Part shown: one piece after another, positions 36,701-49,645 of the stretch
Layout: every line of letters begins with the position of its first letter
Position numbering within the stretch: the first letter of the stretch is position 1
DNA from: Ascidiella aspersa
Lineage: Eukaryota
NCBI GenBank assembly: GCA_963924565.1
Contig: OZ004608.1
Location: forward strand, 10,416,001-10,480,000
Direction of reading: 5' to 3'
Length of the DNA: 64,000 nucleotides
Made by a program: the position numbers and the translations under genes
Notes under the pieces: generated by a model
Database searches by the model: none
Seen by the model: the letters and a program-made list of their open reading frames with translations, nothing else
Told to the model about the DNA's origin: nothing

Positions 36701-39700
36701 TTAAACAAGCCTTTCAACTATTTTGTAATGTGTTGCCCATGGCATTTCTACTTTTTTGTTTTCGAATTAGATTAAAAAAAAAAGTCAAGCGACGGAAAAA
36801 GCTTTTAATTTTCCCTGAAACGTCTTTGAATTGGTTTCACAAAACTGTGTGGCAACCCTGTTTGACCTTGTTGCTTTTTCATCGGACATTCCTAAGAACA
36901 ACTAAACACTATATATCTTACACGCTTTTCGAAATGGCCTTATGAGGAAAGTAAAGTGTGGTAATATGTAAAGCGACGGTAAACGGTTTAAAAAATGTAG
37001 AAGCAGAAGTAACTTGCCAAAAAAATATGCTTGTTTTTATACTGTATCTCTCAAAGAACAAAACCATCCCAAAAGCCGCCCACCTTTGTCTTTCCCAACC
37101 AAAATCTAACCTTGTTATCTCTCCACGGTCCAGGAAGGACGATGGGTCCAGGTCGGCCTACTGGTAGATGTATAATTTCTGGCCTAAGTCAATAAGCATT
37201 GAGTTGTTTTCGGCAAGACGATATCGCCTTTACCTCAATAGGGGCGGGTTCAATAAACGATACACACGCATATGTGTTCAAAAATCTAGTCCTTCTGAAG
37301 CTGCTTTTTGACCAACTATTACCGCTTATTTATCACTAGTACACTGAAAGCAATGTAAAATGTAGCAAGCATTTTCGACTCGCTCCTCTCTGGGCCTGAG
37401 TATAGGACATTTCTGGCTGGGCAACGTTTTGCTAAGCACTATAGATATTTTTAGAATCTCGTTTGAAGCTTGAAAACTTGAAATAAGAGTGATCAGGTTT
37501 TTCTATTGGAGAAACGTGTCAAGGAATGCTACCTCCTTCTTCGTCATATACTTTTTTTTATTCGCCTTCTATTGTATTTTTCTTAAAAAAAAATTCCAAA
37601 GCTTTTTTGCACTGCTTAAAAGGTTGCCAAAGTTACGTTTTAATCTTGTATAAACAATACCTTTAGTGTTTTGAAAAAAAAATTAGCGACATATAAAATC
37701 TTCTTTTTTTAAAATCTTTCGGTTTTATGGTTTTATTCAGATTTACATTTCACCTTAATTTTAATTTTTTTTGCTATAATTTGAACTTATAGTCTTTTGT
37801 CATGCAATTTCGTAATAAATATTGTTCGAAACAAGACTTTCGATGACATATTTCGTAGTTTCGTAGGACGAAGTAAGGGCTTATTAATAGAAAAGTGGCA
37901 AAACGCCAAAGATTGCTTTATTTTTATTTGTGTAACCATGCAGAGTTAGCTTTATTAGTCAACCCTTGTTTTGAATTTTAATTTCTTGTTTTTTAGGATC
38001 TGGTGACTGCACAACGGAGCCGATCAAAGTGGCTATCAAGCAACTTCACGCCCAATGCGAGCCGCACGAACAGGTACCATTCTTGTAGCCTCGTTTCGCG
38101 TCTCGAGGTTTTACAAATTTGCATAATATATTGGGTCTATAGCTTGATAATGAATTGCTAAGCCACAATGTGTCACATTAACTGAAGACACTTTTTAGGG
38201 CGGTTTTTTTACGAGCAATTTCTGGCGAATGTTTTACCATAATTGTTACTGGCGATATCCGATACTTGACATTTCATTCCGATGCCCGATATTTTGGACG
38301 AAAAATATCGCGATCCGATAGCAAATGACGTCATTACGATGCTTTAATAAGCAAAATCGGCAAAATTGAAACACTAAAAGCTAATTTTTCCAAGTTTTTA
38401 ATCCAAAATTCGCTTTAACGTTTAGAAGTCTAGTTACCTCCAATTGTTAATCTACTATTTTTTAATAAGTTTACCTTTTAAGATCACAGCGTTGGATGGC
38501 AAATCATGGCTCAAAGTGATATATCAATTTGGTATCGGATCGGCACCGATACCACCCTAGTATCAGACACATACCGATACTAACCCATCGAGTATCGGCT
38601 GCGATTTGATATTATCGGACATTCATAATTATTACAAGTGTTTTTCACCCCCGATCTATTTCTGAATCGCTGCCTTTTCACCATGTTAAATATGAATAAA
38701 GATATATTCAAAACGTCCAAAATGCTACCTATACTTCTGTATGGGCTTTGATATTCTTACTTCGTATTACTCCAACCTCCAACCATTATGCTGTAAAATT
38801 TTATCGAATCCTTTACCATTATTACAAATGTTTTTCACCCCCGATCTATTTCTGAATTGATGTCTTTTCACCATGTTAAATATGAATAAAGAAATATTCG
38901 AAACGTTCAAAATACTACCTACTTCTGTATGGGCTTTGATATTCTTACTAAGTCTTACTACAACTTTCAGCGATGCTCCAAAATTTTATCGATTTCTTTA
39001 CCATTGTTACAAATGTTTTTAACCCTCGATCCATTTCTCCACCCTTACAGCTCGACTTTCTACGCGAGGCGATGGCTCTGGAGCGTTTCCAGCACCCCAA
39101 CGTGGTTCGCCTCGAAGCGGTCGTGATGCGCTCACGGCCTTTCATGATCGTGACCGAGCTCATGGATCACGGTTGCCTGGAGGCATTTCTGCGCGCGCAT
39201 CGTGAGGCTCACAAGGCTTTCCCAGCCGTGGCCTTGGTGCGAATGATGCTGGGTGTAGCGCGAGGCATGGCTTACCTGAACAGCCTGCAGTACGTGCACA
39301 GGTAAGCGCGTTTTTTGTACTCTAATTTTATACAAAGAGTTGTATCAACATGCTTTTCAATAATGCAAAAAACAGATTTTTAGAGAATAAAAAATAATTT
39401 GGGTACACTATGCACGGATCTGTAATGTAGCTTAATAATAAATTTCAAAGCCAAAAAGGTCGAGTAGATCGACAGCATCTTGATTAAGACGTTTTGATAC
39501 GAAATGATACAAGTTCGTATCAAAACGTCTTAATCAAGATGCTGTCGATCTACTCGACCTTTTTGGCTTTGAAATTTATTAAAAAATAATTTTTTTCGGC
39601 ACCTTCGAGCATTAAAAATGGCACCACGTGTGCCCAGCACCCCGGTCAGGAACCACAGCTATAAACAGTGGTCATACAAGTTGCTGGTAATCAACAAAAC

Positions 39701-42700
39701 TTTATCGCTGTTGGGACAAAAGTATTTGTTTATTTGAAAATCCTGGTAAGCGCGACTAGATATTGGCTGGTGCCTGCCGCCTTTAGTCAATGAAATTCAA
39801 AACTGGTGTTGTCTAAGGCAGTGGTTCTCAACCGCCGGTCCGCGTCAACTTTCCTGCCGGTCTACAAATATATTAAAATTTATATCTCAATTGCAAAATT
39901 CAAGATGTTGAACGCTTATCCATCAAATTTAGAACTTCGCCAGCTCCGTAATTTGCAGCATTGTGACGTAAATATAGTTAATGATATTCTTTGGACTTAA
40001 TTGTACGTCAGAATGCTGCAACTGTTTAAAAGTAGGCTACAACTCGTTTAAGTCAAACTTTAAGACCAGTTGTATGTGAAAGCTAAGAAGTGTTTTAGTT
40101 GCATACTGTTGCGTAATTGAATTATGGGTTGATTTTGATTTTTGAAGGTCCACCGGTCCTCAAAATTGGTTTTGAAATTTGACCGGTCCGTAAGCTCAAA
40201 ATGTTGAGAAACACTGGTCTAAGGTGTGCAAATACGGTGCAAGGCTGTCACCAAGTCTGTAATCTTTGAAAGAATTGCTTTGTGTAAATAAAACATCTTT
40301 AAAAACCCTATGTTTTTCTAAAAGTCTATCAACAGTGTTTAAGTTTATTTTAAGTTCTGTGTCTAGAAAGTGCGGTAGTAAAACAACATTTTTAAGTATT
40401 TGTTATTGTGTTGACCGTGGCATTTATACTGTTGTGTTCTCGAATTGCATATAAATAACCTCGAGATCGAATTTACTTTTCTTTAAAAACCTATAAATTT
40501 TATTTAAAAAGTCTCAAAAATTTTTTATTGAACTGTGTTACCCTGTGGTGACCCACTTCAGTTAAGTTAAAATCATAATTTAATTCTTTCAAGTACGCGC
40601 AATTTGGCAAATCCCTCTTTCAAATCTCAGAGACTTAGCGGCGCGCAACGTGTTGATCAACAGCGACCTCGTGTGTAAGGTGGCCGACTTTGGTCTTACT
40701 CGCCACATGGGGGAGCGCGAGAGTGACTCGGACTGCTCTTGCCCCACCTACACGACGCAAGGAGGCAAGATCGCCATCCGCTGGACGTCGCCAGAGGCCG
40801 TCGCTTTTAGGGCTTACTCACAGGTAGGAATATCCGAAAAGAGGTATAGGGATGTTCGTATAGTTTCGGTGTAACAAATGAGCAACGTTTTAAAGTATCC
40901 AAAATTTTTTCGGCATCTTTAGCCATTTGAAAAGTCACCGCGTGTGCCTAGCACTCCTGTTAGGAACCACAGCTATAAACAGTGGTCATTTAAATCGTTG
41001 CTAGTAATAAACAAAACTCTATCGCTGTTTAGCTATAAAAGTATTTGTTTATTTGAAGTCCTGCGGACACCATTCGATAGGTCACCATTGTTACTTGAAG
41101 TCAGTGACTCCAAGTTGATCAGCACGCTTTTTTAAAAAAACCTTTCGAAGGGATTATGTTACACCAGTTTTTCTCAACCTCTGAGTTACGACCCAAAATT
41201 GAATCACCGGATGATTTGGTTTGGTCGCCTTCTGAACTAAAGTATAAATGTCATTTAAACTTATTTTAAAAAAAAATTGAGACTAAAACAATTTAATCCC
41301 AATATCCCAAGGTATGTGAAAAATGATTATAGTCCAAGTCAAGTCATTTGTCCAATAGACTTAAGTCCAAGTCAAGTCATTCGTTCAAAAGACTTAAGCC
41401 AAGTCAAGTCATTTAAAATAGCGATTTAAGTGCACTTAGGCATGTCCTTGACTTCAGTTTTAGTTTAATGGCGCCAGCCCTTCTGTAAGTCGACGGTAGA
41501 GAGCGAAGTAAAAATTGTCGTTGGATTTTTTTGCAGGCGTCTGACGTGTGGAGCTTTGGCGTGTTCGCTTGGGAGGTGAACACGTACGGCGAGAAGCCCT
41601 ACTGGGACCTCACCAACCAGCAAGTGCTGCAAGCCGTCAACGAGGGATTTCGTCTGCCCGCGCCAGAGGTATAACGGGCTCCATTTTTGGTTAAAATAAT
41701 TGAGCAAGTGCTTTGCTTTTGCATGTTGCCTTCTCCAAAAAATCCCCAAAAAAATTATCGAGAAAAAATGTTGCAATCAATAGAAATTGTAGCTATACTT
41801 TTGTTTTTAAATGACCTCGAAAAAAAATCTTTTAATGCTGACCTACTCTAAAAATACACTTTTTTATTAATTTTTTTATTTCTTAAATTTAAATGGCCAG
41901 GATTTTTTTAATATCTTGATAAAAACAGCCGGTAATTACGTTAAGCCTAAAATTATAAGTCGAAAACGTCCTTCATTCCATTCTGAGCTGCCGATCGGTT
42001 AACAAAAAAACAGAATTTTAAGCCGGCACAAAAAAATATGTAAAAAATGTAAGTTTTAAATATGGAATAGCATGTGGTAGATTATATTCCACTCACTTAC
42101 GTAACTAAAAATAAGGTGTATATCAGCATTCCCCTCATGGTAATGTCACATAATTCAACTCCCAGAATACATGGTTGGCAAAAAATTTACCACACGCTAT
42201 CTTTACAACATTCACTTTTCGGCCTTATCACCTGTGAAATTTGCTACTCCGCATGCGCACTGTATTCTAAAGTAGTCTTTTTCGATTCCCAAGTCCGACT
42301 TCAGCAAAATAAGCCTCCAAGGGGTCCATGGACCCCAGTTTAAGAACCCCTGCTCTAATCCAACCCCCCGGGCCTAATTGTTTCGCAGGACTGTCCCTCC
42401 GTGCTCCACCAGTTGATGGTTTCGTGCTGGCAGCGAGATCGCCACGCCAGGCCAACCTTCGACCAGCTGGTGACCAGTCTCGAGTCGCTGATTGACGACC
42501 CTGAGAGCCTGCTTGTGCTGGCAAGCCCCGCAAGCACAGGGTGAGCTTTTTTTACGGCAAAAAGTTTGTTGTTTGCTGCCCGCGGAGAAAATCAGTTTCA
42601 CAGGAAGTGGGCAGCTATCTTTGACTGATGGCTTGAGAGAGCTGGGTTAAAAAAAGGCACTAAAATACATATAATATAAAGTGTGCTTTCTTTCAAAAGA

Positions 42701-43569
42701 AAGCTGTGAACGCCCCGGTTTTGAAAAGCTTATTAGAGTAGGAATAGGTCAGAACGCAATGTACGTTATTAAATAAAAAAAATTTAATTAAAATAAATGT
42801 TAAGACTTATTTTAGCTTAAATAAGTTTTTTTTTTAAATAGGTTGTGGGTCAGATTAAATTGCTCGACGGCCTTGAATGTTAATATTTTATCATTTTTTT
42901 GGAAAAAAATTCTGTTTGCTGGCTAAGTTAGGTCGCCTTGAGTAATGCGTTAAAATTTCTGATCGATATCTTGTTTACTTTCGGTGATATTACACGGATG
43001 AAATTTCGAGCTGCTTGCCTTCCTTTGGATAGTTTGTCCAGGTTTGTTCTATAGTTAGTCATACGATACTAACTCTGAAATGCAAAGGGATTTTTCAATC
43101 CGGAGACAAGAACAAGCCAAGGTCGCCTGTACTTTGGTCGCCTGTAGGCGATACTAACTCTGAAATTCACAGGGCTTTTAAACAATTGAAACAACCCCAT
43201 TTTGAATCGTGCAGAGCCGAGGAAATGTTCTTTTGCGACTCGGACCCATCGACCCCAATTCCGGTCCCCACCCTAACCCAGGGCAACTCCCGCCACAACT
43301 ACACCATGTGCCAGCGCGACCAACCCGACACCGACGACCGTGACGTCATGGATGACGTCGGTATCGCGCGCTCGACGACCTGGGGCAGCAACCGCGTGCT
43401 CGCCAAACCTCTATGTGACGTCACAGAGTCGACCGCCTTTCTCGCGCCCCCCACCGCGATGCGACGCCATGCGGATTCGTCCACCACCGCCGGTAGTCAG
43501 AGCCCCCTGCTCCCCGGAGATTTAATGACGTCATCTTTGAGCTCGCAGTACGCAGCGTCTTTGGTTTGA
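15748..43569 (+). CDS. Eph: Ephrin (Eph) receptor tyrosine kinase, ~1168 aa, 21 coding exons, no SAM domain
   Basis: Exons 15748-15808, 16483-16586, 16883-17009, 17564-17745, 18253-18486, 18805-18995, 19661-19884, 20528-20641, 23342-23558, 25355-25478, 25946-26110, 28327-28492, 29765-29910, 31095-31236, 33655-33804, 37997-38073, 39051-39301, 40631-40823, 41537-41668, 42389-42540, 43215-43569, all GT-AG and in phase. Signal peptide [18 protein letters not shown]; ligand-binding domain ([37 protein letters not shown]); Cys-rich region; two FN3 domains; [22 protein letters not shown]; kinase [43 protein letters not shown]; C-terminal ASLV. Confidence 0.93.
17078..17276. mobile_element. CAGTGTTG-TIR / GACTT-repeat MITE (internally deleted copy)
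   Basis: TAGTGTTGTAATGACTT ... ACAACACTG with GACTT modules; same family as 35148, 51185 and 57258. Confidence 0.7.
20668..20932. mobile_element. hAT-type MITE (CAGTGGTTCTCAACC TIR)
   Basis: Perfect 15-bp TIRs and perfect 8-bp TSD CACTACAG. Confidence 0.9.
23130..23852. repeat. ~104-bp direct repeats (23130-23233 and 23749-23852) flanking Eph exon 9
   Basis: AATGGCACCCATCAAACGACAC...AGATTTATC.CTATTTAGGGGGACTG.GCACC..AAGTTTCTGCTAGG on both sides of the exon. Confidence 0.85.
28965..29390. mobile_element. hAT-type MITE
   Basis: CGGGAGTCGGGAACCT ... AGGTTCCCGACCCCTG; TSD GTATATCG/GTATATAG. Confidence 0.75.
31499..31814. mobile_element. MITE with CAGGGCTG.GGAGT TIR and GAGTCGGACTCG subterminal repeats
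   Basis: CAGGGCTGCGGAGTCG ... ACACTCCACAGCCCTG; no clean TSD. Confidence 0.7.
33909..34203. repeat. Palindromic MITE family member (related to 39436-39581)
   Basis: CTTGATAATGAATTGCAAAGCCAAAAA ... TTTTTGGCTTTGCATTTCATTATCAAG with diverged inner arms. Confidence 0.7.
35148..35576. mobile_element. CAGTGTTG-TIR / AAGTC-repeat MITE
   Basis: CAGTGTTG ... CAACACTG with AAGTC arrays at both ends. Confidence 0.8.
38628..39037. repeat. ~187-bp tandem duplication (two full units and one partial)
   Basis: Units begin ATTATTACAA.TGTTTTT.ACCC.CGATC at ~38628, 38818 and 39003; they contain a dispersed repeat (ACCTCCAACCATTATGCT) also seen at ~2945 (rc), ~43755 and ~52200 (rc). Confidence 0.8.
39436..39581. 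repeat. Perfect palindrome, 68-bp arms, 10-nt loop
   Basis: 39436-39503 is the exact reverse complement of 39514-39581. Confidence 0.9.
39819..40216. mobile_element. hAT-type MITE
   Basis: CAGTGGTTCTCAAC ... GTTGAGAAACACTG; perfect TSD GTCTAAGG. Confidence 0.85.
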
Positions 43570-46500
43570 AACTGAAACGTTTTTGGTAAATTGGACGAAA
43601 TTTGTCGACAAATAACACAAAGCAGTGTGAAAAAAGTATTTTTGTAACGGATAGGTGGTAACCCATTAATATTTTTGTCTTCTACATATGTACACTTTTT
43701 TTAGATTATTTTATAATTTCTTTACTTTTGATATTCTTATTACGTCTTACTACAACCTCCAACCATTATGCTCCATTCTTTACTTTTGTTTTGTAATTTT
43801 GGTACTCCGAGGGTTTCCACGTTTAACGAAATTGTAGCACATCTAATTCATATATACAGGATTACAGGTGCTTTTGTTTAATCCTTAACTGTTGAGTGCA
43901 CTCTACTTTTTTAGTCAAGTGGAATTTGTTTTAGTTTGCGTACGCTATAGATACTAATAACTTTTTTAGTTTAGACATTCTAGCAAATATTCGTACATGT
44001 GTTTAAATTCCTTTTTAACGACCAGGTATGTTTTTTACAGAAGCACACTTCGTACATTTTTTGGGGGGTCGTACATTTTTTGGGGGTTGGAATATCCGAT
44101 TTATTTGCGAGCAACGATTTTATTTGGTAACTGTATCGATCTGTCGAATCACGTTTGATCGGCTGTATTAACGAACTTGTAGAATATCGCGAACCGTGCT
44201 AGACAATACTAAATTTACCGTTTTTACCGATGCTGTCGTATGACTGTTTTTGAAAATGCATCTCGCGACTACGCTTTTTTGACAAAACTTGTTTTATTTG
44301 AAAGCTTGAATTTTGTGATTTACTTCTTCAATTTTGGTCATTTTTGAAATAGGTCGTGCTTTTTTGTTTTCGATGTTCGCGTTATTTTTCTAGAAGCTTG
44401 GTAATACATTTTAAATATTTTGTAGCAATCCCTCACCGTTTTTATCGAATATTTTATATAGTCTGAGAAAGGGGTGTATATGTCTCCGGGCGCCAAGGTA
44501 CAGGGGCGCCAAAAATGAGGCTTACAACATTTCACAAGGATTCTTCTTTCAATACAATGTTCTATTAAAATTTGAGTTGTTTTTTTCGTATAAAGTAAGA
44601 TATTGTATGTTAATGTAATAGAAATTATGATTAAACATGGATGAGGGGCGCAAGTTTTATAGTTTCCCCCGGGCGCAAAATACCATGGATACGCCTCTGC
44701 TGGTATAAGATATATATATTTGCCATTATCTGCGTAACCGTAGCTAATATTTGTAAAATAAAGAGTTTTTGACGATGTTTTTCCAAGCCCAAAACGAAAA
44801 AAGCGAAGATAAAACATTTAAACTAACTGCGTAAAACAGTGTACGATGCATATTGCATATACCCAAGAAGCAATGCTGTATTTTGTGTCTGAAATGAATG
44901 TATGTCATATAAACACCGAATATGCCAACGCGCATGGTCTTGTTATAATAATTTTTTTACCGGGCGCATGACATTTTAAGAATGGAAGTCACTAAGTTAT
45001 TTTATAAGGAGTTGTTTTAAAACGAGAAACCTAAGGCTATCGTTAGATGTCGTGCGCAGATATGAAATTGAAATTTCAGACAAAACCAATTGAAGGTGAT
45101 AGCGACAAAATATTTGCACGAAGAGAAAATTTGTTTTATTAAGTGTTAAATTGGAAAGGTTAACTTAAAAGGAGACTCATATTGGATACCAAGAAATAAT
45201 CTTGCATTGTTTGATACAATGGTGTTAACCAAAGTTTGGCAAACCAATGGTGTGGGTTATTAACCCTATAGCTGTATGGCTGCACACGAAGCACGTCAAA
45301 AATTAGATGAGTTATGTTGGCAAAACTCTAATTGTAGAATAAACGCTTTGCGAAAAATGTATTTTTGTTAAATAAAAAATACTACTCTATTTTTTTTTTT
45401 TTTTTTTCTGAGAGGAGCGAGGAATGTATTACAGTAAAAGTTATTCAGAGAACTTATAGAAATAGCTTACTTTTTACTTAATTTGCAGCCACGTTATTCA
45501 AATAAGAAAAAACACGATAGCTTTTGACCTTGGATTGGTGAATAAAGAACATTTTACAAGGTCCTTTGTGGCGACGAGCAGATTTTGTTTTGCCGCAATG
45601 TTTTTGTGCTTTACCACCACTTTTAACGGAGTTTCTGTCCAGCAATAAATCTGCGGGCAAATAAAATAACCTCATCAATGTTTGATTTTTTTAAATGCAT
45701 TTTCGCGCTTTTCTTGAAGACCTTGCTTTGGTTTTCTTGAATGAAATTATACGTTTTTTAATTGCGTATTAAAATCTTTGATTAGTTTTGGATTGAGAGA
45801 TATTATATCGTATAGGCCTAATGCTTTTTAAGATATTAGTGGAAAATTATTGTGGCCCGTCAAGACCTTGCTGGGATTGGTTTGGTCCGCGACTGGAAAA
45901 ACGTTGCCAACCCCTGAATTAGAATGACAAACACTAAAGTAAATGAATCTTTACTAATTACTTTACGAGTTTACGAAAAGTTAATTACTCATCGTTGCGA
46001 CATAAGCGAACATTACATTTTTCTTCTTTGTGATAAAATTTCATGGGGCACTTAAAACTGTAACTTTAGTTGCGAATGCTTATGGTGTAAAGATCAACAG
46101 TCTTGTCAAGCTTCGAGACAACCTGTCTAATCATGTAAACATTTTTCCAAATTGGATATGATTGTAAACTGTCGCAGAGGTTGTTGAAAACGCAAAAGGG
46201 GTCGTGACAACAAAGTAGTTTGGACGGAGCACTGTTTTGTATTATGAAACGTAGCACTGCTTTATAATATGAGACGACATGGTTATGGTTCATGGAACAC
46301 TTTATTGTGTCGTGCTCGCCGACTCTTTGTTAGGTCGTGATCTCTCATTTTCTTTCTTATCGCAAACACAATGGCTGTGCGGAGGCGAGCACATTTTGTT
46401 TTGCCGCATTCGTGTGTGGAAATAGCCTACTTGTGTCACCCTGCGAGATGTTTTTTTTTTGCCCAATCTGTATACAATTTACATGCTCGTTAGAATATCA

Positions 46501-46746
46501 AGGCAGTTTGTTCAATTTCGATCTAGTGGAGTCAGATTGCATGCAGTCAGTGTAGCCTTATGTTAATTGAATTAATCAAGGATTTTAAGGTTCAACTAGC
46601 TTAGGATATGCCAACCTGCCCTTAACTTGTTTAGGGGTGAAGCATATCCTTCACCCCGCATTGAGAACTGTTTTGGGACGTTATGTTCTGTTGTGTTACA
46701 ACGTGGAAAAGGGTAAACTGAATAACGGGCTAGAAGTCCACTAACA

Positions 46747-47041
46747 CAGTGCTCCCCAATCAGTGGGTCGCGACCCATTGGTTGGTCGCGAAGCTATTTC
46801 AGGTGGGTCGCGAATCATTTCTAAATGTTACAGTTTTCTATTAGATCGGGAAATTATTGCATTACCATTACCTAACATTTATGCAACAATATCACAAATA
46901 TATGACAATTAGGTGTGTTGTGCCGCATTAACTATTTCAGTACGTTGTAACTACTTTCTGTTTGGTCATATCTCATTGTGGTTCGCACAATAAAACCTGC
47001 ATCAAAGGTGGGTCGCGAACTAAAAAAGTTGGAAAGCACTG
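46747..47041. mobile_element. hAT-type MITE (GGTCGCGA subterminal repeats)
   Basis: CAGTGCTCCCCAA ... TTGGAAAGCACTG; degenerate TSD CACTAACA/TACTAACG. Confidence 0.7.
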
Positions 47042-47631
47042 TACTAACGTATAACATAGTACAGGTCACGAACGAGCAAATATCTATTATAAAAGCCTAC
47101 TTATGTTCATATCCGTGACGGTACACCCCGGAGTTGCCTCAACTGAACCATTTATAGACATGTCTTTGCCCGTAATAATAGTTTCTAAAACCTTCGAAGT
47201 CTTAGAAGCCTACTGAAGGTGAACAACATCGCCTTTCTCTTCTACTAATCGCGTTTAGTGAAGGGCATCGACGACAGTCGGGCAAAGTCGGATATTTGCT
47301 TCTTCACTGAGGCTTTGTTTGATAAGCCATAGAGCGACGGCCTCAGTCTTTCCGCCTTACATAGGTCACATAGAAATAACAAATTTGCCGCCTGATATTT
47401 GAAAGCTTTCTAAAGGCACCCTGTATACTCCTGCAAAAAGTTTATAGTTTTCTCGCGTAAAAATGCCATGGTTGTGCAAATGCTATGGTTCTCTTTTGTG
47501 TAAATATATAGGACTTATTTCAAACAGCCAAACGTTTCAAATGCATTTAATCTGGTTAAAAATATCTTGGGTATTAAAGATCTTTATGTTAACAGATTTT
47601 CAAGTTTAACATAAAAAAACGTGGTTAGAAA

Positions 47632-48829
47632 ATGGAAATTGCGATCAGCGACGAGGTTATGGAAACTTACAGAAGCATGAGGAGGCCTGGAAGCAATTGC
47701 GAGTACGCAATCTTTAAAATACAACAAACCTCTATTGTTGTTGAAAAGAGAGTGAATAAAGATGAATCTGGTAATCCATGGAAAGACATGTGGAATTCCT
47801 TAAATGAGGAGGAACCGAGGTAAATGCTTGGTTAATTTTCGCGTTTTTCGTGACTTAATTGCGCCCCAAGCGATTAAAGCCATCTAGTCATTTCCAACTC
47901 TAACTCTACTCAAACTGCAACCGTAACTCTAACCCTAGCCCTATTAGTAACGCACTTAGATGTGATAATATTGCCATGTTCATATCATTAAAAATGTGCG
48001 CACATTTTAAACGACACATCAGAAAATATTGACAAGTATGCGCACATTTAGATATAAACATTTTGTCGCACATTGTGAAAAAAGTCTGATTGGAAAACTA
48101 TTGACATAGGCCTACGTAAAACCGCTAGTTTCATCTTTTTTAACCAAGGTCGGTAAGATATATTTTTTTAATTTAGACATATAGTCGCATCACATTTAAC
48201 AGGTATATACATCAGTATTAGTATCCATCAGAATTTCTTTAAACTTTTAGACCGTCGTCTAGTTTTTATTTTGAAACCCCGTTAAAGTAATTAACTAGTT
48301 TTATACTGACAACGTAACTCAAACTGATAGCGGTTTAACTCCTATATTGGCACCTCAATTATCGACGCTTTCCCAATTTTCTAAAAAAACTACAGGTTGA
48401 TACAATGGTCGTATTGTTCAAGAAGCTCGCTGTTCAAAATCTCTTTAAGTCAACTACTTAAAATAAAAATAAAACACACCGATACATTGAAAATACTGGC
48501 ACCTGGAAAATAAGCTACACCCCTGGAATCAATCAATCAATCAATCAATCAAACCTAGCCCATATATAACAAATTTAATTTCCGTGTAATATCCACCAGG
48601 AAAAAATAACTTACTGACCTATTCTGTTTATTTCAGGTTTGCCGTTATTAACGGAAATGCATCAATTGATGAATGTCCTACTAATCATGTATATTTGATA
48701 TTGTGGTATCCGTCTGAAGCAAAAGTACGCGACAGAATGATGTACTCTAATTGTGGGGATCACATGAAAAGATCCTTCCTAGTACATGATGATTTTCGGG
48801 AATTTGATGAAAAGCCAGCCGGCCTATGA
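47632..48829 (+). CDS. ADF/cofilin-like protein 1, 126 aa, 2 exons
   Basis: Exons 47632-47819 and 48637-48829 (phase 2). MEIAISDEVMETY..YAIFKI..IVVEK..W..L.EEEPRFAV..LILWYPSEAKVRDRMMYS matches the ADF-H pattern. In-frame stop upstream of the ATG; AATAAA at ~48865. Confidence 0.85.
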
Positions 48830-49034
48830 TTTTAAAATACTTTGTTGCTGTAAGATTTTACAACAATAAAATTAACAAAACAGAGTATTGTGGTTGCTTT
48901 ATTGTTATGGGAATGATTTTTAGCTAAGTGTAACGGTTAATTTAATTTTATTATGGACATAAGCTGTTTGATATATAAGCTATTGCTACCAGGCATAATA
49001 TCAGGTTTGTAGAGCTCTTCTGGCAAATGTAATT

Positions 49035-49087
49035 TTTATTCCGACGTTTCGACGTCCTATACAGGTCGTCTTCATCAGGGTAAATAA
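49035..49087 (-). ncRNA. Minimal type I hammerhead ribozyme motif (inverted copy)
   Basis: Reverse complement of 49593-49645; TCATCAG at 49072-49078 and GACGTTTC at 49043-49050. Confidence 0.7.
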
Positions 49088-49592
49088 CACTGAATGCGAA
49101 TTGTACAGTGCACGATAAACAAAGGAAAAAAGAATGGAACGCAAGCACGTTACAACGCAACAAAAACAAAACGCGATAACGAATGATTGGGCCTCTAATC
49201 TTTAAGCAGGTGCCTGTAGCACGCTGAAAGCATCACGTCCGTTTTGATGTTCATTGTGTTGCCCCGTTGGTGAATAATCCAAGACTCAAGAAATAGTCTT
49301 TTCCTGTAGTCAGATTCGTATTGATTTTAATGCGGCGTCTGTTTTGGCCCGGGAATCTGACTACAGGAAAAGACTATTTCTTGAGTCTTGGATTATTCAC
49401 CAACGGGGCAACACAATGAACATCAAAACGGACGTGATGCTTTCAGCGTGCTACAGGCACCTGCTTAAAGATTAGAGGCCCAATCATTCGTTATCGCGTT
49501 TTGTTTTTGTTGCGTTGTAACGTGCTTGCGTTCCATTCTTTTTTTCCTTTTTTTCCTTTGTTTATCGTGCACTGTACTAGTCGCATTCAGTG

Positions 49593-49645
49593 TTATTTAC
49601 CCTGATGAAGACGACCTGTATAGGACGTCGAAACGTCGGAATAAA
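49593..49645 (+). ncRNA. Minimal type I hammerhead ribozyme motif
   Basis: Core CTGATGA (49602-49608), stem II GACG-A-CCT/GTAT/AGG-A-CGTC, GAAA (49630-49633), minimal palindromic stem III (ACGT), GTC cleavage triplet (49635-49637), short stem I CC/GG plus TTATT/AATAA. Confidence 0.7.

Noticed and set aside
44338-44817. 159-aa minus-strand ORF
   Set aside because: Non-ATG start, crosses a MITE-like segment, no recognisable domain.
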